Made by a program: the position numbers and the translations under genes
Notes under the pieces: model-generated
Database searches by the model: none
What the model saw: only the letters and a program-made list of their open reading frames with translations
Told to the model about the DNA's origin: nothing
Origin: Candidatus Bathyarchaeota archaeon
GTDB lineage: Archaea; Thermoproteota; Bathyarchaeia; 40CM-2-53-6; RBG-13-38-9
Length of the DNA stretch: 64,000 nt
Direction: 5' to 3'
NCBI GenBank assembly: GCA_963807605.1
Contig: CAWECG010000003.1
Coordinates: forward strand, 288,001 to 352,000
In this document: positions 10,478 through 20,332 of the stretch, one piece after another
Layout of the letters: each line of letters starts with the position of its first letter
Position numbering within the stretch: position 1 is the first letter of the stretch

Positions 10478-11155
10478 CTAAGCGTTCACCAATCGACCGT
10501 CGACGAGTTTGATCGTCCTCTTGGCCATGGCAGCGTTTTTCTCATTATGTGTCACCAATATCACAGTCGATCCTTCCTGATTCAGCTCGCTCAGCAAATC
10601 CATTATCTGTTGTCCCGTCGCAGTATCCAAGTTACCAGTAGGCTCATCCGCCAAGATTATCTGCGGCTCACTGACTATGGCTCTGGCGATCGCAACTCTC
10701 TGCTGTTCCCCGCCTGAAAGTTGCCCGGGAAGTTTTTCCTCTTTTCCTGAAAGGCCAACCTTTGAAATTGCTCTTCTTGCAACTTCATCTTTGGTTTTGC
10801 TGGATCCGTATGCTATCACTAGTGGAAGCATCACGTTCTCGAGTACGTTTAGATGTTTTATGAGGTGGAATTGTTGAAAGATGAACCCGACATAGTTGCG
10901 TCTGTACTCGGCTAGCTGCGTGGTTCCCAGTTTGTGTACAGGTATTTCGTCCACTACGATCTCTCCGCTGGTTGGGTAGTCCAAGCCTCCCACGAGGGAT
11001 AGAAGAGTTGTCTTGCCAGAACCCGAAGGTCCCATTATTGCAATAAACTCGTCCATTGCAACGTCCAGGGTGACAGCGTTGAGGGCTCTTGTTCCCGTCC
11101 CGCCATTGAATTCCTTTGATACTTCTGTCAAATTGATCAGGGCATTGTTACTCAT
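10478..11155 (-). CDS. ABC transporter ATP-binding protein (LolD/MacB type)
   Basis: GPSGSGKT, LSGGEQQRVAIARA, ILADEPTGNLD. Confidence 0.95.
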   Translation of the reverse strand: MSNNALINLTEVSKEFNGGTGTRALNAVTLDVAMDEFIAIMGPSGSGKTTLLSLVGGLDYPTSGEIVVDEIPVHKLGTTQLAEYRRNYVGFIFQQFHLIKHLNVLENVMLPLVIAYGSSKTKDEVARRAISKVGLSGKEEKLPGQLSGGEQQRVAIARAIVSEPQIILADEPTGNLDTATGQQIMDLLSELNQEGSTVILVTHNEKNAAMAKRTIKLVDGRLVNA

Positions 11156-11165
11156 CGGTTCTCAC

Positions 11166-12329
11166 CTACAGAGATCTCAAGGTTATGGATGGAAGGGTAT
11201 TCGCCGCCCTCCAAGATGGGTAGATGGATGCTAAGCCGCATACGACTAAGCCCAGAGTCAGGGATGTAGGGATTAGTGATGGTTGGAGAGAAACAGTGGT
11301 GTTGGCTAGGAGTGGTCCCATAAAAATCCCCATTGCAGAGCCTACGGCGAAGCCGGTCAGACCGGCAAGCGCTCCTATGATGAGAGCCTCTAGAAGGAAA
11401 ATGGATGCTATGTCCCATTGGTTGTAGCCGATGGCTCTCATGACTCCAATTTCGTTCTTTCTCTCATTGATCGAGGACATCATTGCGCCTGCAGTTCCGA
11501 GAACGCCAACCGTCAAGACGATTGCAAGTATGACTGTGGAGAAGCCATTCATCTGGTACAGAATATTCATCTCGGCCCTGGCAACCTGTCTCACTGGAAC
11601 TGCTCTAGCTGCTATTGCATGGTCTTTGAAGATCTCATTCATCTCGGAAGCCATCTCTTCAATAGGGCAGCTATTACAGTATGCTCGTACGTCTACGAGT
11701 GTGAGTCTGCCAATCTTGCCTGTCAGACTTTGTAGAAGCTTGAGATCGGTGAAGATTAGATAGTCATCTTGTGAACCTGACTCTTTTATCTCTCCGACAA
11801 CAGTGAAGGTGTGGTTGAGCAGCGAGATATTGGAGCCCACACTCTTGTCGAGGATCCGCTTGGGTTCTTGACCGATAAGGACCTCGTCTTCGCGTTGGGG
11901 CCATCGACCATCTATTTCCAAGTATTGTTTCAATGTCTTCTCTGAGGGGAAGTCGACGCCGGCAAGGATGACATCTTTATCCTCAATATTAGCTTGAAGG
12001 AAGAGTTTTGGCGATACTATTGCAATACTACCGTTGTCCTTTATTGTGCGTATGCTTGCTATTTCCCGTTCAAGCAATTCATTAGAACCCACGTTCAACG
12101 AACCCAACGTCAGCGAGCCAGCTGTGAGAGATAACGAACTCGTCTTTGGCATCACAGCTAAGTTGGCCCCAAAACTCTCAAGTTCTTTGTCGATCCTGCT
12201 TCGCATTGAAACACTCACGGAGAGCATTGAGGTTACCGTGGCGACACTAACGGCTACTGTGAGGACAAGCAGCAGCGCTCTAGTCTTTCTCCTCGTTAAG
12301 GCTTTGATTGACAGATCGAAAAGACGCAA
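11166..12329 (-). CDS. ABC transporter permease (MacB/FtsX type) with extracytoplasmic CxxC
   Basis: TM1, large extracytoplasmic domain with YCNSCP, ERKNEIGVMRAIG, three further TMs. Confidence 0.9.
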   Translation of the reverse strand: MRLFDLSIKALTRRKTRALLLVLTVAVSVATVTSMLSVSVSMRSRIDKELESFGANLAVMPKTSSLSLTAGSLTLGSLNVGSNELLEREIASIRTIKDNGSIAIVSPKLFLQANIEDKDVILAGVDFPSEKTLKQYLEIDGRWPQREDEVLIGQEPKRILDKSVGSNISLLNHTFTVVGEIKESGSQDDYLIFTDLKLLQSLTGKIGRLTLVDVRAYCNSCPIEEMASEMNEIFKDHAIAARAVPVRQVARAEMNILYQMNGFSTVILAIVLTVGVLGTAGAMMSSINERKNEIGVMRAIGYNQWDIASIFLLEALIIGALAGLTGFAVGSAMGIFMGPLLANTTVSLQPSLIPTSLTLGLVVCGLASIYPSWRAANTLPSITLRSL

Positions 12330-12341
12330 ATGAGGAGGCGA

Positions 12342-12362
12342 CCTTTACATTTCCTGCAAAGC
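12342..12362. promoter_or_regulatory. Operator CCTTTACA-N5-TGCAAAGC in the divergent ABC/blaI promoter
   Basis: Two-mismatch copy of the 6220 palindrome, 13 nt from the permease start; a second half-site TGCAAAGCA lies at 12415-12423. Confidence 0.65.
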
Positions 12363-12457
12363 AGCAGCTACAGAAACAATATATAAGGGTTATGATAAAA
12401 GCATCGATATCACATGCAAAGCATTGTGGGAATTCAAAAACTTCAGAGGCAAACGAA

Positions 12458-12838
12458 TTGTCAAATGTCAGAAGAATCCGCATGGAGAAGAAGGGGCTCG
12501 AGACAGTTCTAAGTGCTCTGGAATCAGACATCATGAACCTTCAATGGAAGAAAGGTCCACTACGAGTTAGAGACATACACGAAACACTAGGCAAGAAACA
12601 CAATGTCGCTCTCACTACTATAGCAGTCACAATGGATCGTCTCCACCAGAGGAAGATAGTTGAAAGAGAGATCGAAACAGGCCGTGGCGGACTCCACTAC
12701 ATATATCATCCTTCCAAAAGTAAGAAGGAATTCGAGAGGTCAATAGTAGATCAAGCAGTCAACAAACTGATTGAGGTCTTCGGAACAACTGCGGTTTCCT
12801 ATTTTGACGAAAGGTTCAAGAAGAGCGCCAAGACATAG
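12458..12838 (+). CDS. BlaI/MecI/CopY family transcriptional repressor
   Basis: LSALESDIMN..W...VRDIH...ALTTIAVTMDRL..RK.V.R winged helix; TTG start at 12458 after GAGG; no CopY-type C-terminal CxC. Confidence 0.88.
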   Translation: MSNVRRIRMEKKGLETVLSALESDIMNLQWKKGPLRVRDIHETLGKKHNVALTTIAVTMDRLHQRKIVEREIETGRGGLHYIYHPSKSKKEFERSIVDQAVNKLIEVFGTTAVSYFDERFKKSAKT

Positions 12839-12855
12839 ATCCGCCACCGACGGCG

Positions 12856-13596
12856 TTGATTCTGTTGACTCTGCTATATCCGACGAACTGCCTGCTTGCC
12901 TGCGTAACGACACCACCAGTCTCGTCAGTACTGGCAGCCTCAGCGACCGTAGGGGTGCTAAGCTTCCTACCCGTGAGATTTGGCAATTTCGGCAACAATA
13001 CACGTCTTGCCTCCATCTATTTGCATATAACATCTTTCATTTTCCTAATCGCCACACTTTCCATATCGATGATTTGTGGCATGTTTCTTCTGAACGTACT
13101 ACTGCCTGCGGTACCTATTCTATTACTAGTGGGCATGGTTGCAACGTATCTCTTGGGACCACGGTTATATCTGTCATCTCTGAAGGCAAGTCAGTCGAGA
13201 AATCAGGACCTAATCAAATGGGCGGCACATTACTCCAGAATTATGGGAATAAGAACTCCAGATATATACACAATGAATGAAATGGAGCCTGCTGCTTTTG
13301 CGATACATAGCATCAGACCGAAAATATGCTTCTCGAACCCAATTCTGAAAAGATTGACAACAGAAGAGATAGGAGCGATACTGATCCATGAAATCGCACA
13401 TATACGAATGAAGACACAAATCTTCAAAATTTCCTTATCATTCTTAAGATACCTAACACCTTTCTCGTTTATTCATTCATTTCTAGGAGACCTTCGTCCA
13501 GTGGAAGATCGGGCTGACGAATACGTCAAAACGATTCAAGGAACGTCAGAACATCTGGACAATGCCAGAGATAAAGTCGCACGACCTTATTCTTAG
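12856..13596 (+). CDS. M56/M48 membrane zinc metallopeptidase (BlaR1-like, no sensor domain)
   Basis: Three N-terminal TMs, AILIHEIAH, EDRAD; directly behind the BlaI homolog. Confidence 0.8.
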   Translation: MILLTLLYPTNCLLACVTTPPVSSVLAASATVGVLSFLPVRFGNFGNNTRLASIYLHITSFIFLIATLSISMICGMFLLNVLLPAVPILLLVGMVATYLLGPRLYLSSLKASQSRNQDLIKWAAHYSRIMGIRTPDIYTMNEMEPAAFAIHSIRPKICFSNPILKRLTTEEIGAILIHEIAHIRMKTQIFKISLSFLRYLTPFSFIHSFLGDLRPVEDRADEYVKTIQGTSEHLDNARDKVARPYS

Positions 13597-13707
13597 AGTA
13601 TGCCGCCCAGAGTTCTTGTTGAGGATCAAAAGAAATGAGTATGTCGTTCCTGCCTGGATACTATTCCTAATGAAATATTGTGGGCAACTAAATTACCCTA
13701 AGCTAAT

Positions 13708-14239
13708 GTGGCCTTCATAATCAAGACGAGGGTTCAGTTGCAGCGAGACCTAGGTGCTGCCCTTGAGTCCCTTCAACGCCTTTCTGTTTCTCCAAGGGCT
13801 AGAAACCTTACCCTTGCGAGTAAGGAAACATTCTGAAAATGCTCTTGAAGTAGCAAAATTCTTTAAGGATCATCCCCTGGTGGCCTGGGTTAACTATCCT
13901 GGATTGAAAGAACACCCGAGCCATGAGTTGGCCACAAAATACCTTGGAGGGTATTATGGAGGACTGGTGGGCTTCGGGATAAAAGGTGGACTGGAAGCTG
14001 GAAAGAGATTCATCGAATCAGTGAAGCTATTCTCGCATCTTGTCAATATAGGTGATGCCAAGAGCCTAGTAGTTCATCCTGCCTCAATAACTCATCAGCA
14101 ATTAACGCCAGAAGAGCAGAGGGCAACAGGGGTAACGGAAGACTACATCAGACTATCCATTGGACTGGAGAACGTAGAAGGCATAATCGACGATATTGAC
14201 CAGGCCCTAAGGAAAGCTGTACAACCTACTAGCCAATAA
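13708..14239 (+). pseudogene. metY: C-terminal fragment of O-acetylhomoserine/O-acetylserine sulfhydrylase (MetY)
   Basis: [17 protein letters not shown] then a frameshift into [16 protein letters not shown]...NIGDAKSL...HPAS.THQQL; PLP lysine region absent. Confidence 0.85.
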
Positions 14240-14254
14240 CTCTTATATCCTTGT

Positions 14255-14277
14255 TGCTTTACAATTGATGTAAATCA
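14255..14277. promoter_or_regulatory. Operator TGCTTTACA-N5-TGTAAATCA upstream of cysK
   Basis: One-mismatch palindrome just downstream of TATA CTTATATC (14242-14249). Confidence 0.72.
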
Positions 14278-14320
14278 TCATTCATAAGAAGTCCTGACTG
14301 AAGTGGTTTGAGACTGATCT

Positions 14321-15283
14321 ATGACAAAGAAAATCTATGATAATGTTCTAGAGACGGTAGGCCAAACCCCTCTGGTAAAACTGAACAGGATAACCAGAGG
14401 TATTGAGGCAACCATCCTTGCCAAGCTCGAAGCTCGAAATCCTGCCGGAAGCGTCAAAGATAGAATCTGCCTCAGCATGATCGAGGAGGCTGAAAAGCAA
14501 GGTCTGCTTAACCCTAACTCAGTCATAATAGAGCCCACAAGCGGCAATACAGGCATAGGCTTAGCAATGGTTGCAGCTGTCAAAGGTTATCGGCTGATCC
14601 TGACCATGCCGGATACGATGAGCTTGGAAAGAAGAACCCTGCTGATGGCCTACGGTGCCGAGCTCGTATTGACTCCGGGAGCAAAAGGCATGGGAGGAGC
14701 TATTGAGAAAGCTGAGGAATTAGCCAAGACCATTCCCAATTCCTTCGTACCGCAACAATTCAAGAATCCCGCAAACCCTAAGATTCACCGGGAAACAACA
14801 GCCATCGAGATCTGGGAAGACACCGAGGGACGTGCGGACATTTTCGTGGCCGGCGTCGGAACCGGCGGAACCATAACAGGTGTTGCCGAAGTGATCAAAC
14901 CTAAGAAGCCATCTTTCAAAGCAGTCGCTGTCGAGCCATTTGATTCGCCAGTTCTTTCAGGAGGTAAACCAAGTCCGCACAAGATCCAGGGAATCGGAGC
15001 AGGGTTCATTCCTGAAGTCCTGAATATCGAACAGGTGGATGAAGTAGTCAAGGTAAAGAACGAAGAAGCTATCGACACGACCCGTCAACTTGTCAAGGAA
15101 GAGGGAATCCTGTGCGGCATCTCTTCTGGAGCAGCGGTATTTGCCGCAATTCAAATTGCAAAAAGACCAGAAAACAAGAACAAACTAATAGTCGCAGTGC
15201 TACCAGATACTGGAGAGCGATACCTCTCTTCAGTACTGTTCAAAGAGTTACACGAGGCAGCGGCAAAGCTGCAGGTAAACTAG
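14321..15283 (+). CDS. cysK: Cysteine synthase A
   Basis: [45 protein letters not shown]. Confidence 0.95.
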   Translation: MTKKIYDNVLETVGQTPLVKLNRITRGIEATILAKLEARNPAGSVKDRICLSMIEEAEKQGLLNPNSVIIEPTSGNTGIGLAMVAAVKGYRLILTMPDTMSLERRTLLMAYGAELVLTPGAKGMGGAIEKAEELAKTIPNSFVPQQFKNPANPKIHRETTAIEIWEDTEGRADIFVAGVGTGGTITGVAEVIKPKKPSFKAVAVEPFDSPVLSGGKPSPHKIQGIGAGFIPEVLNIEQVDEVVKVKNEEAIDTTRQLVKEEGILCGISSGAAVFAAIQIAKRPENKNKLIVAVLPDTGERYLSSVLFKELHEAAAKLQVN

Positions 15284-15308
15284 TACCACGATAATTGAGG
15301 GGTTTTTT

Positions 15309-16478
15309 ATGAGTGAACTTCAGCCTAGCAAATTGCGTATTCACCTTGCATCAATATCACTGGTAGTTATGCTTGTGATTGCAGGCATGGTAGGATACTT
15401 TTATGTTCAGACTCGATCTCAACTAAGCACCCTTCAAGGCAGGTTTGATAATCTTCAGTCACTTGTGGAAAAGCTTAATCAGACACAAAGCGAAGGGGCT
15501 GGAGCCCATGGGGTCTACGTTGGCGTAGAACAGTCCGTCGTGCAAGTATTGAATATGCAGAGGGGAACTAATGGACTTACACTCTCGGCACGGGGCACAG
15601 GTTTCACCTATGACGGAGACGGTCACATCATAACAAATGACCATGTAGTAGCGGGAGCGGACGCGGTGGAGGTAGGCTTTCTGGACGGCACCACTATCAC
15701 AACAGTAGTCGTTGGCACTGATGTATACTCCGATTTAGCAGTCTTGAAGGTACAGACATCGCCGGGGGAGCTTAAACCTGTCACCTTAGGCAACTCATCG
15801 CAGCTGCTCGTGGGGGAGGCGATATATGCGGTCGGAGCTCCTTTTGGACTTGGTTGGTCGCTGACACAAGGGATTGTAAGTCAGATTGGGAGGTCACTCC
15901 CGACTACCGGTGGGTATGTGATACCTGGCGAAATTCAGGTAGATGCTGCCATAAATCCGGGCAACAGCGGTGGCCCACTACTTAATAGTCTCGGAGAGGT
16001 CGTTGGGGTTAACGAGGCCATCGAATCTCAGACAGGGCAGTTCTCAGGCGTCGGCTTTGCAATCCCATCGAATTTGGTTAAGAGAGTCGCACCATCACTT
16101 ATACGAACAGGGCATTATGATCATCCTTGGCTGGGAGTTGCCGGCACAGACGTAACCTCCTCAATAGCCGAAAAGCTGAACCTCCCAGAGACACGAGGCT
16201 TCCTAGTCACATCTGTGATGAACAGTAGTCCTGCGGAGAAGGCGGGAGTACGCGGTGGAAATACGATGACAATCATTGAGGGAAGTAATGTAACCTTAGG
16301 CGGAGACGTGATAACGGGCATTGACGGCAGAAACGTGAACAAACTTGAGGATATACTTTACTATATTGAGTATTTCAAGAATCCTGGAGATAAGATTGTT
16401 CTAAACATAATCAGGAACAACGAGGCGCTGACAGTTGAGGTTGCGCTGGGAGCAAGGCCCGCTCCATCCTCACCCTGA
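15309..16478 (+). CDS. Membrane-anchored HtrA/DegP-like serine protease with PDZ domain
   Basis: TM plus coiled coil, ITNDHVV, SDLAVL, INPGNSGGPL, C-terminal PDZ. Confidence 0.92.
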   Translation: MSELQPSKLRIHLASISLVVMLVIAGMVGYFYVQTRSQLSTLQGRFDNLQSLVEKLNQTQSEGAGAHGVYVGVEQSVVQVLNMQRGTNGLTLSARGTGFTYDGDGHIITNDHVVAGADAVEVGFLDGTTITTVVVGTDVYSDLAVLKVQTSPGELKPVTLGNSSQLLVGEAIYAVGAPFGLGWSLTQGIVSQIGRSLPTTGGYVIPGEIQVDAAINPGNSGGPLLNSLGEVVGVNEAIESQTGQFSGVGFAIPSNLVKRVAPSLIRTGHYDHPWLGVAGTDVTSSIAEKLNLPETRGFLVTSVMNSSPAEKAGVRGGNTMTIIEGSNVTLGGDVITGIDGRNVNKLEDILYYIEYFKNPGDKIVLNIIRNNEALTVEVALGARPAPSSP

Positions 16479-16849
16479 AAGCTTCTTACCAACGGAGCTT
16501 ATTCTAATCTAACTTTGCGGGACGGCTTGCTCACATCGATTCATTCTGAGATCTACAATTTGCTGACAGTAGCCGATTATTTGCAAGCTTGTTAGTCAGG
16601 AATTAGTTCGTTTTTTCTTGGAGAGAAATATGATTCAGCTTGACTTCCGTGGCCACTATTTGGGTTAGATTTGGTGGCGAAGTGGGCTAAATTCTGGAAA
16701 CTCCTAGATAGTCTGTGATACCCTGCATCCAACAAATACAGGATGTTGCTAAATATTGTGTAAGAAAGGTTTCTTTGGAATAGCCTTCTTGGCGAGGAAC
16801 AAAATGATTTTATCGAGCTTTGAACACAAAAATAAACTGAGATGAGTGT

Positions 16850-17233
16850 ATGAGCGATAGAAGTAGCGGTTGGATCATCCTCTTAGTCATTATCTTGATA
16901 ATAGTCTTCGCAGGGCCCTTGATGTTCATGGGAGGAGGGTTTATGGGGCCAAGCATGATGGGTGGCTACGGCCCGAACGGTGGCATGATGGGCTATGGAG
17001 GATATGGCTATGGTTACGGCTTCAACTGGCTCGGCGCAATCGTCCGAATAATCGTATTCCTGATCTTCATCGGTCTGATAGCGTTTGGAATCTACTACCT
17101 CGTAGGAGCAGGCAGACCAACACCAACAAGTCCAGCACCAAGCAACAGACCACTTGAGATTCTAAAGGAACGATATGCCAAAGGCGAGATAACAAAAGAA
17201 GAGTACGAACGAATGAAGCAGGAACTCTCCTAA
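16850..17233 (+). CDS. SHOCT-domain membrane protein with Gly/Met-rich loop
   Basis: Two TMs flanking GMMG repeats; LEILKERYAKGEITKEEYERMK. Confidence 0.85.
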   Translation: MSDRSSGWIILLVIILIIVFAGPLMFMGGGFMGPSMMGGYGPNGGMMGYGGYGYGYGFNWLGAIVRIIVFLIFIGLIAFGIYYLVGAGRPTPTSPAPSNRPLEILKERYAKGEITKEEYERMKQELS

Positions 17234-17246
17234 GAGGAGTAACAGA

Positions 17247-18041
17247 ATGAACAGAAGGATCCTACTTGGAGTACTTCTAATCATAATAGGCATCGTAGGG
17301 TTAGCCGCATTCTCAACAGTACAATGGGCGCCAACATACACAGGCCAGATAACTACATTTCCACTGCAAACGACTCCCTTCCCAACAGTTCCAACTCCAA
17401 CTATAGGATCCTACCAACCTTACCAGGCAATTCCAAGGAATATCGATGAGGCCGCACAGGTGGCGAAGAGTTGGGTAGCATCCTTAGGATACCCTGACTT
17501 AGCTGTCAAGGAGATCATGGAGTTCCAGTATAACTACTACTTCATTGCCTACGAGAAGAGCACAGGGATCGACGCCTTCGAAGGAATCATCGAGAAAGCG
17601 GTCGGCCTGAGCGGAATGGGAGGGATGATGGGAATAATCCATCCAGAGCAGGGGCCGAGCATGATGTGGAACACTAAGTACGGCAGTATGATGGGAGGCA
17701 TGATGGGCAGTTGGGGACCACTAGGCGGCTGGAGTCAAGGCGGAGGAATGATGGGCCCCGGTATGATGGGCCGTGGATGGGGATACCAGCCATACGGTGG
17801 AGTGCCAACAGCTAATATGTCGGTTACAAAGACAGATGCAAAGCAACTAGCCCAAACCTACCTAGACTCGAACCTTCCAGGCGCCTCACTAGAAGAACCA
17901 GAAACCTTCTACGGATACTATACCCTGCATGTACTCAAGGATGGCAAGATATACGGAATGTTAAGCGTCAACGGCTACACCGGTCAGGTATGGTACCACA
18001 CTTGGCACGGCGCCTTCATACAAGAGAAAGAACTAACTTGA
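17247..18041 (+). CDS. Secreted or membrane-anchored Gly/Met-rich protein (PepSY-like repeats, putative copper binding)
   Basis: Signal/TM, GMMG repeats, PEQGPSMMWNTKYG, MLSVNGYTGQVWYHTWHG. Confidence 0.7.
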   Translation: MNRRILLGVLLIIIGIVGLAAFSTVQWAPTYTGQITTFPLQTTPFPTVPTPTIGSYQPYQAIPRNIDEAAQVAKSWVASLGYPDLAVKEIMEFQYNYYFIAYEKSTGIDAFEGIIEKAVGLSGMGGMMGIIHPEQGPSMMWNTKYGSMMGGMMGSWGPLGGWSQGGGMMGPGMMGRGWGYQPYGGVPTANMSVTKTDAKQLAQTYLDSNLPGASLEEPETFYGYYTLHVLKDGKIYGMLSVNGYTGQVWYHTWHGAFIQEKELT

Positions 18042-18058
18042 ATGGGGGTAGAACGAAA

Positions 18059-18571
18059 ATGAATAATGTCAATTTGGATCAGATGCAGAAATTCGTAGAG
18101 GCCGTGAAAAAGGACCAAAAACAAGCACTGAAAGAGAAAAGCGTCACGGGCGAATGGATTCTGCAAGAAGGCAAACCTCAGTTCGTCGCCGAGCTTCCCT
18201 ATCAGAAAGGCAAGATCTTATTGAGCTGTGAGATGCCTCCATTCGCTGGCGGATGGGGAAGCAGCCCCGACCCCCTGCAATACTGCCTCTACGGGTTGGC
18301 CGCTTGCTTTGCAACAACTCTGGTGGCCACAGCGACAAGTGAGAATATTGAATTGAAAACCCTACGGGTCACCGCCGAGAATAAAGTGGATCTCAGAAAA
18401 CAGCTGGGGCTCTCAAAGGAACCTATAATACAGAAAGTCGGACTGAAGGTTCACGTGGACGCTGACGTTCCAAGAGCCACCTTAGAACGGCTTGTAAAAC
18501 TGACTGAGGAACGTTGCCCAGGAACAGAATGCGTCACACGAAGCATACCACTTTCCGCCGAACTAGAGTAG
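18059..18571 (+). CDS. OsmC family protein
   Basis: PDPLQYCLYGLAAC and EERCP conserved cysteines; ATG at 18059. Confidence 0.85.
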   Translation: MNNVNLDQMQKFVEAVKKDQKQALKEKSVTGEWILQEGKPQFVAELPYQKGKILLSCEMPPFAGGWGSSPDPLQYCLYGLAACFATTLVATATSENIELKTLRVTAENKVDLRKQLGLSKEPIIQKVGLKVHVDADVPRATLERLVKLTEERCPGTECVTRSIPLSAELE

Positions 18572-18588
18572 TTTGGAGGTGGATCTGA

Positions 18589-18879
18589 ATGTGTTTTGCA
18601 TGCGGATTGGGCGGCCCACTCCTAGGATTTGCCGGAGGGTACCTAGTGGGGAGAAAGACCGTTCCAAGAACGGAACACCCACATCCTAGCAGATACTGCC
18701 AGAATTGCGGCACAAGCATCGACGCAACGTCGAGGTTCTGCTCATATTGCGGTAAGGAACAGCTTACCTATGGGGCCTCTTACAGCGACAGAGGAGCAAT
18801 CGAGATTCTTAAAGAGCGTTACGCTAGAGGCGAGATCTCCACAGAAGAATTCCAGAAGATGAAGAGAGAAGTAGCATAG
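18589..18879 (+). CDS. Zinc-ribbon plus SHOCT domain protein
   Basis: CQNCG...FCSYCG; ILKERYARGEISTEEF. Confidence 0.8.
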   Translation: MCFACGLGGPLLGFAGGYLVGRKTVPRTEHPHPSRYCQNCGTSIDATSRFCSYCGKEQLTYGASYSDRGAIEILKERYARGEISTEEFQKMKREVA

Positions 18880-18959
18880 CTGGCTCATGAAGACTTGACA
18901 TCACCAGTGTCAACATCGGCACTTGGACCAACTTGGTGAGGCGATTTGGATTCTCTGTA

Positions 18960-19422
18960 TGAAGTGATGAAGTTCCTTCATATCCTACCCGTGGTCTTCA
19001 TGTCCGCTCCTCTTTACAACAATAGTAGTAGGTGAGAGGGCCCGACTAGAAAAGCACCGATCCAAGTTGACAGATACCTTGAGAACGTTCTTAGAGGCAA
19101 CTCAACCCGCTGCTACATCTACCAGTTGACTGCACTCTTTACTGGCGTATTTCTAGTTGCTATACACGGTGACCCACTTTCATCGATCTTTACGAATAAA
19201 GTCATCCTCTTGAAGGGGATATTTCTTGGCGTATTGATGAGCATGCTGTCGATCGTTCATTTCCACATACAGCCAACTATAGATGAACTCCTCTCAAGAG
19301 TAAACAAAGAGAGTATTCCAGAAGATGTTGCTCGCAAACTTATCCCGTTAAGCACCTTCAGAAAAAGGATGGCAGCACACGCTTTAGAGGCGGATTCTAT
19401 TCCTACGGCAAGCGATTCATAG
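18960..19422 (+). pseudogene. Frameshifted membrane protein remnant
   Basis: MKFLHILPVVFMSAPLYN and DRYLENVLRGNSTRCYIYQLTALFTG read in different frames. Confidence 0.5.
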
Positions 19423-20194
19423 AGAAACTTCCAATCAAGATCCCTGGCAAAGGGGATGAAGAAACGAAGACTATCGAGTCGTTAGTGCATAGAGCAATCG
19501 AGCTCAGAAAGATGAGACGCAGGCTTCTCTCTCTGTGGAAGACAACATCAATCACAATGAAAAATAGCGAACGCACATTGGCGGCCTTGCTTTCGCAAGA
19601 TGCAACCAACACAAGAGAGCGTAAGTTTCAGGACACATGGTCTCGGACTGTTCCCTTCTATCCTAAGGGGAATAACGAGGCATTGGCAAAACGAGTTGGA
19701 TAGGCAGAATGTGGGCTTGGGCTCATAACACATCAATGTATGGCTGCCTGAATATTCCCGCCAGTAAACTCTTCGACCCAAAGGACGCTGAAATCGCCAT
19801 ATACTACGGGGACGAAGTACTGAAGAATTGCACGCTAATTTTCTACTCTGTTAGAGATGGTCGAACGAAGATTAAATCCCCACCGTCACAGAAAGACGCT
19901 AGGAATTGACGCAGGCTAGTCTGGCTCAAGAGGACATCAACTTGCCTGAATCGTCCGAGCATGAAGCTCTGAAGAAGTTGCTTGAAGCCAAGCTAAGATA
20001 ATGGTTTGGCTTAGCCATAACTGAATATCCATCATCAGGACATGAATTGGATGTCGTCGGGGTAACTCCTGAAGGGCTCAAGATATACGTTGGTGATTTG
20101 GTCACACTCACAAGCCCAGTTCCATAAAGATATGAGCATGCTCCAGCACTGACGCGAACATGAACTTTCCAAGAATATGTTGGTTGATGTCTTC

Positions 20195-20332
20195 AGTAAA
20201 GAAAAAAATCGCAGTCTGGTCACCATTCACTACGTAAAGGAAAACTCCGTTGTTTTAGATCTCAACCATCCTCTAGTTGGAAGGACTTTGGTTCACATCA
20301 AGGTAGTGCACATATTTCCAAGGCGCGTGTAA
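20195..20332 (+). pseudogene. Remnant of an FKBP-type peptidyl-prolyl isomerase (SlyD-like) C-terminus
   Basis: Translates VKENSVVLDLNHPLVGRTLVHIKVV, matching the DFNHPLAGKTL signature; no N-terminus. Confidence 0.6.
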
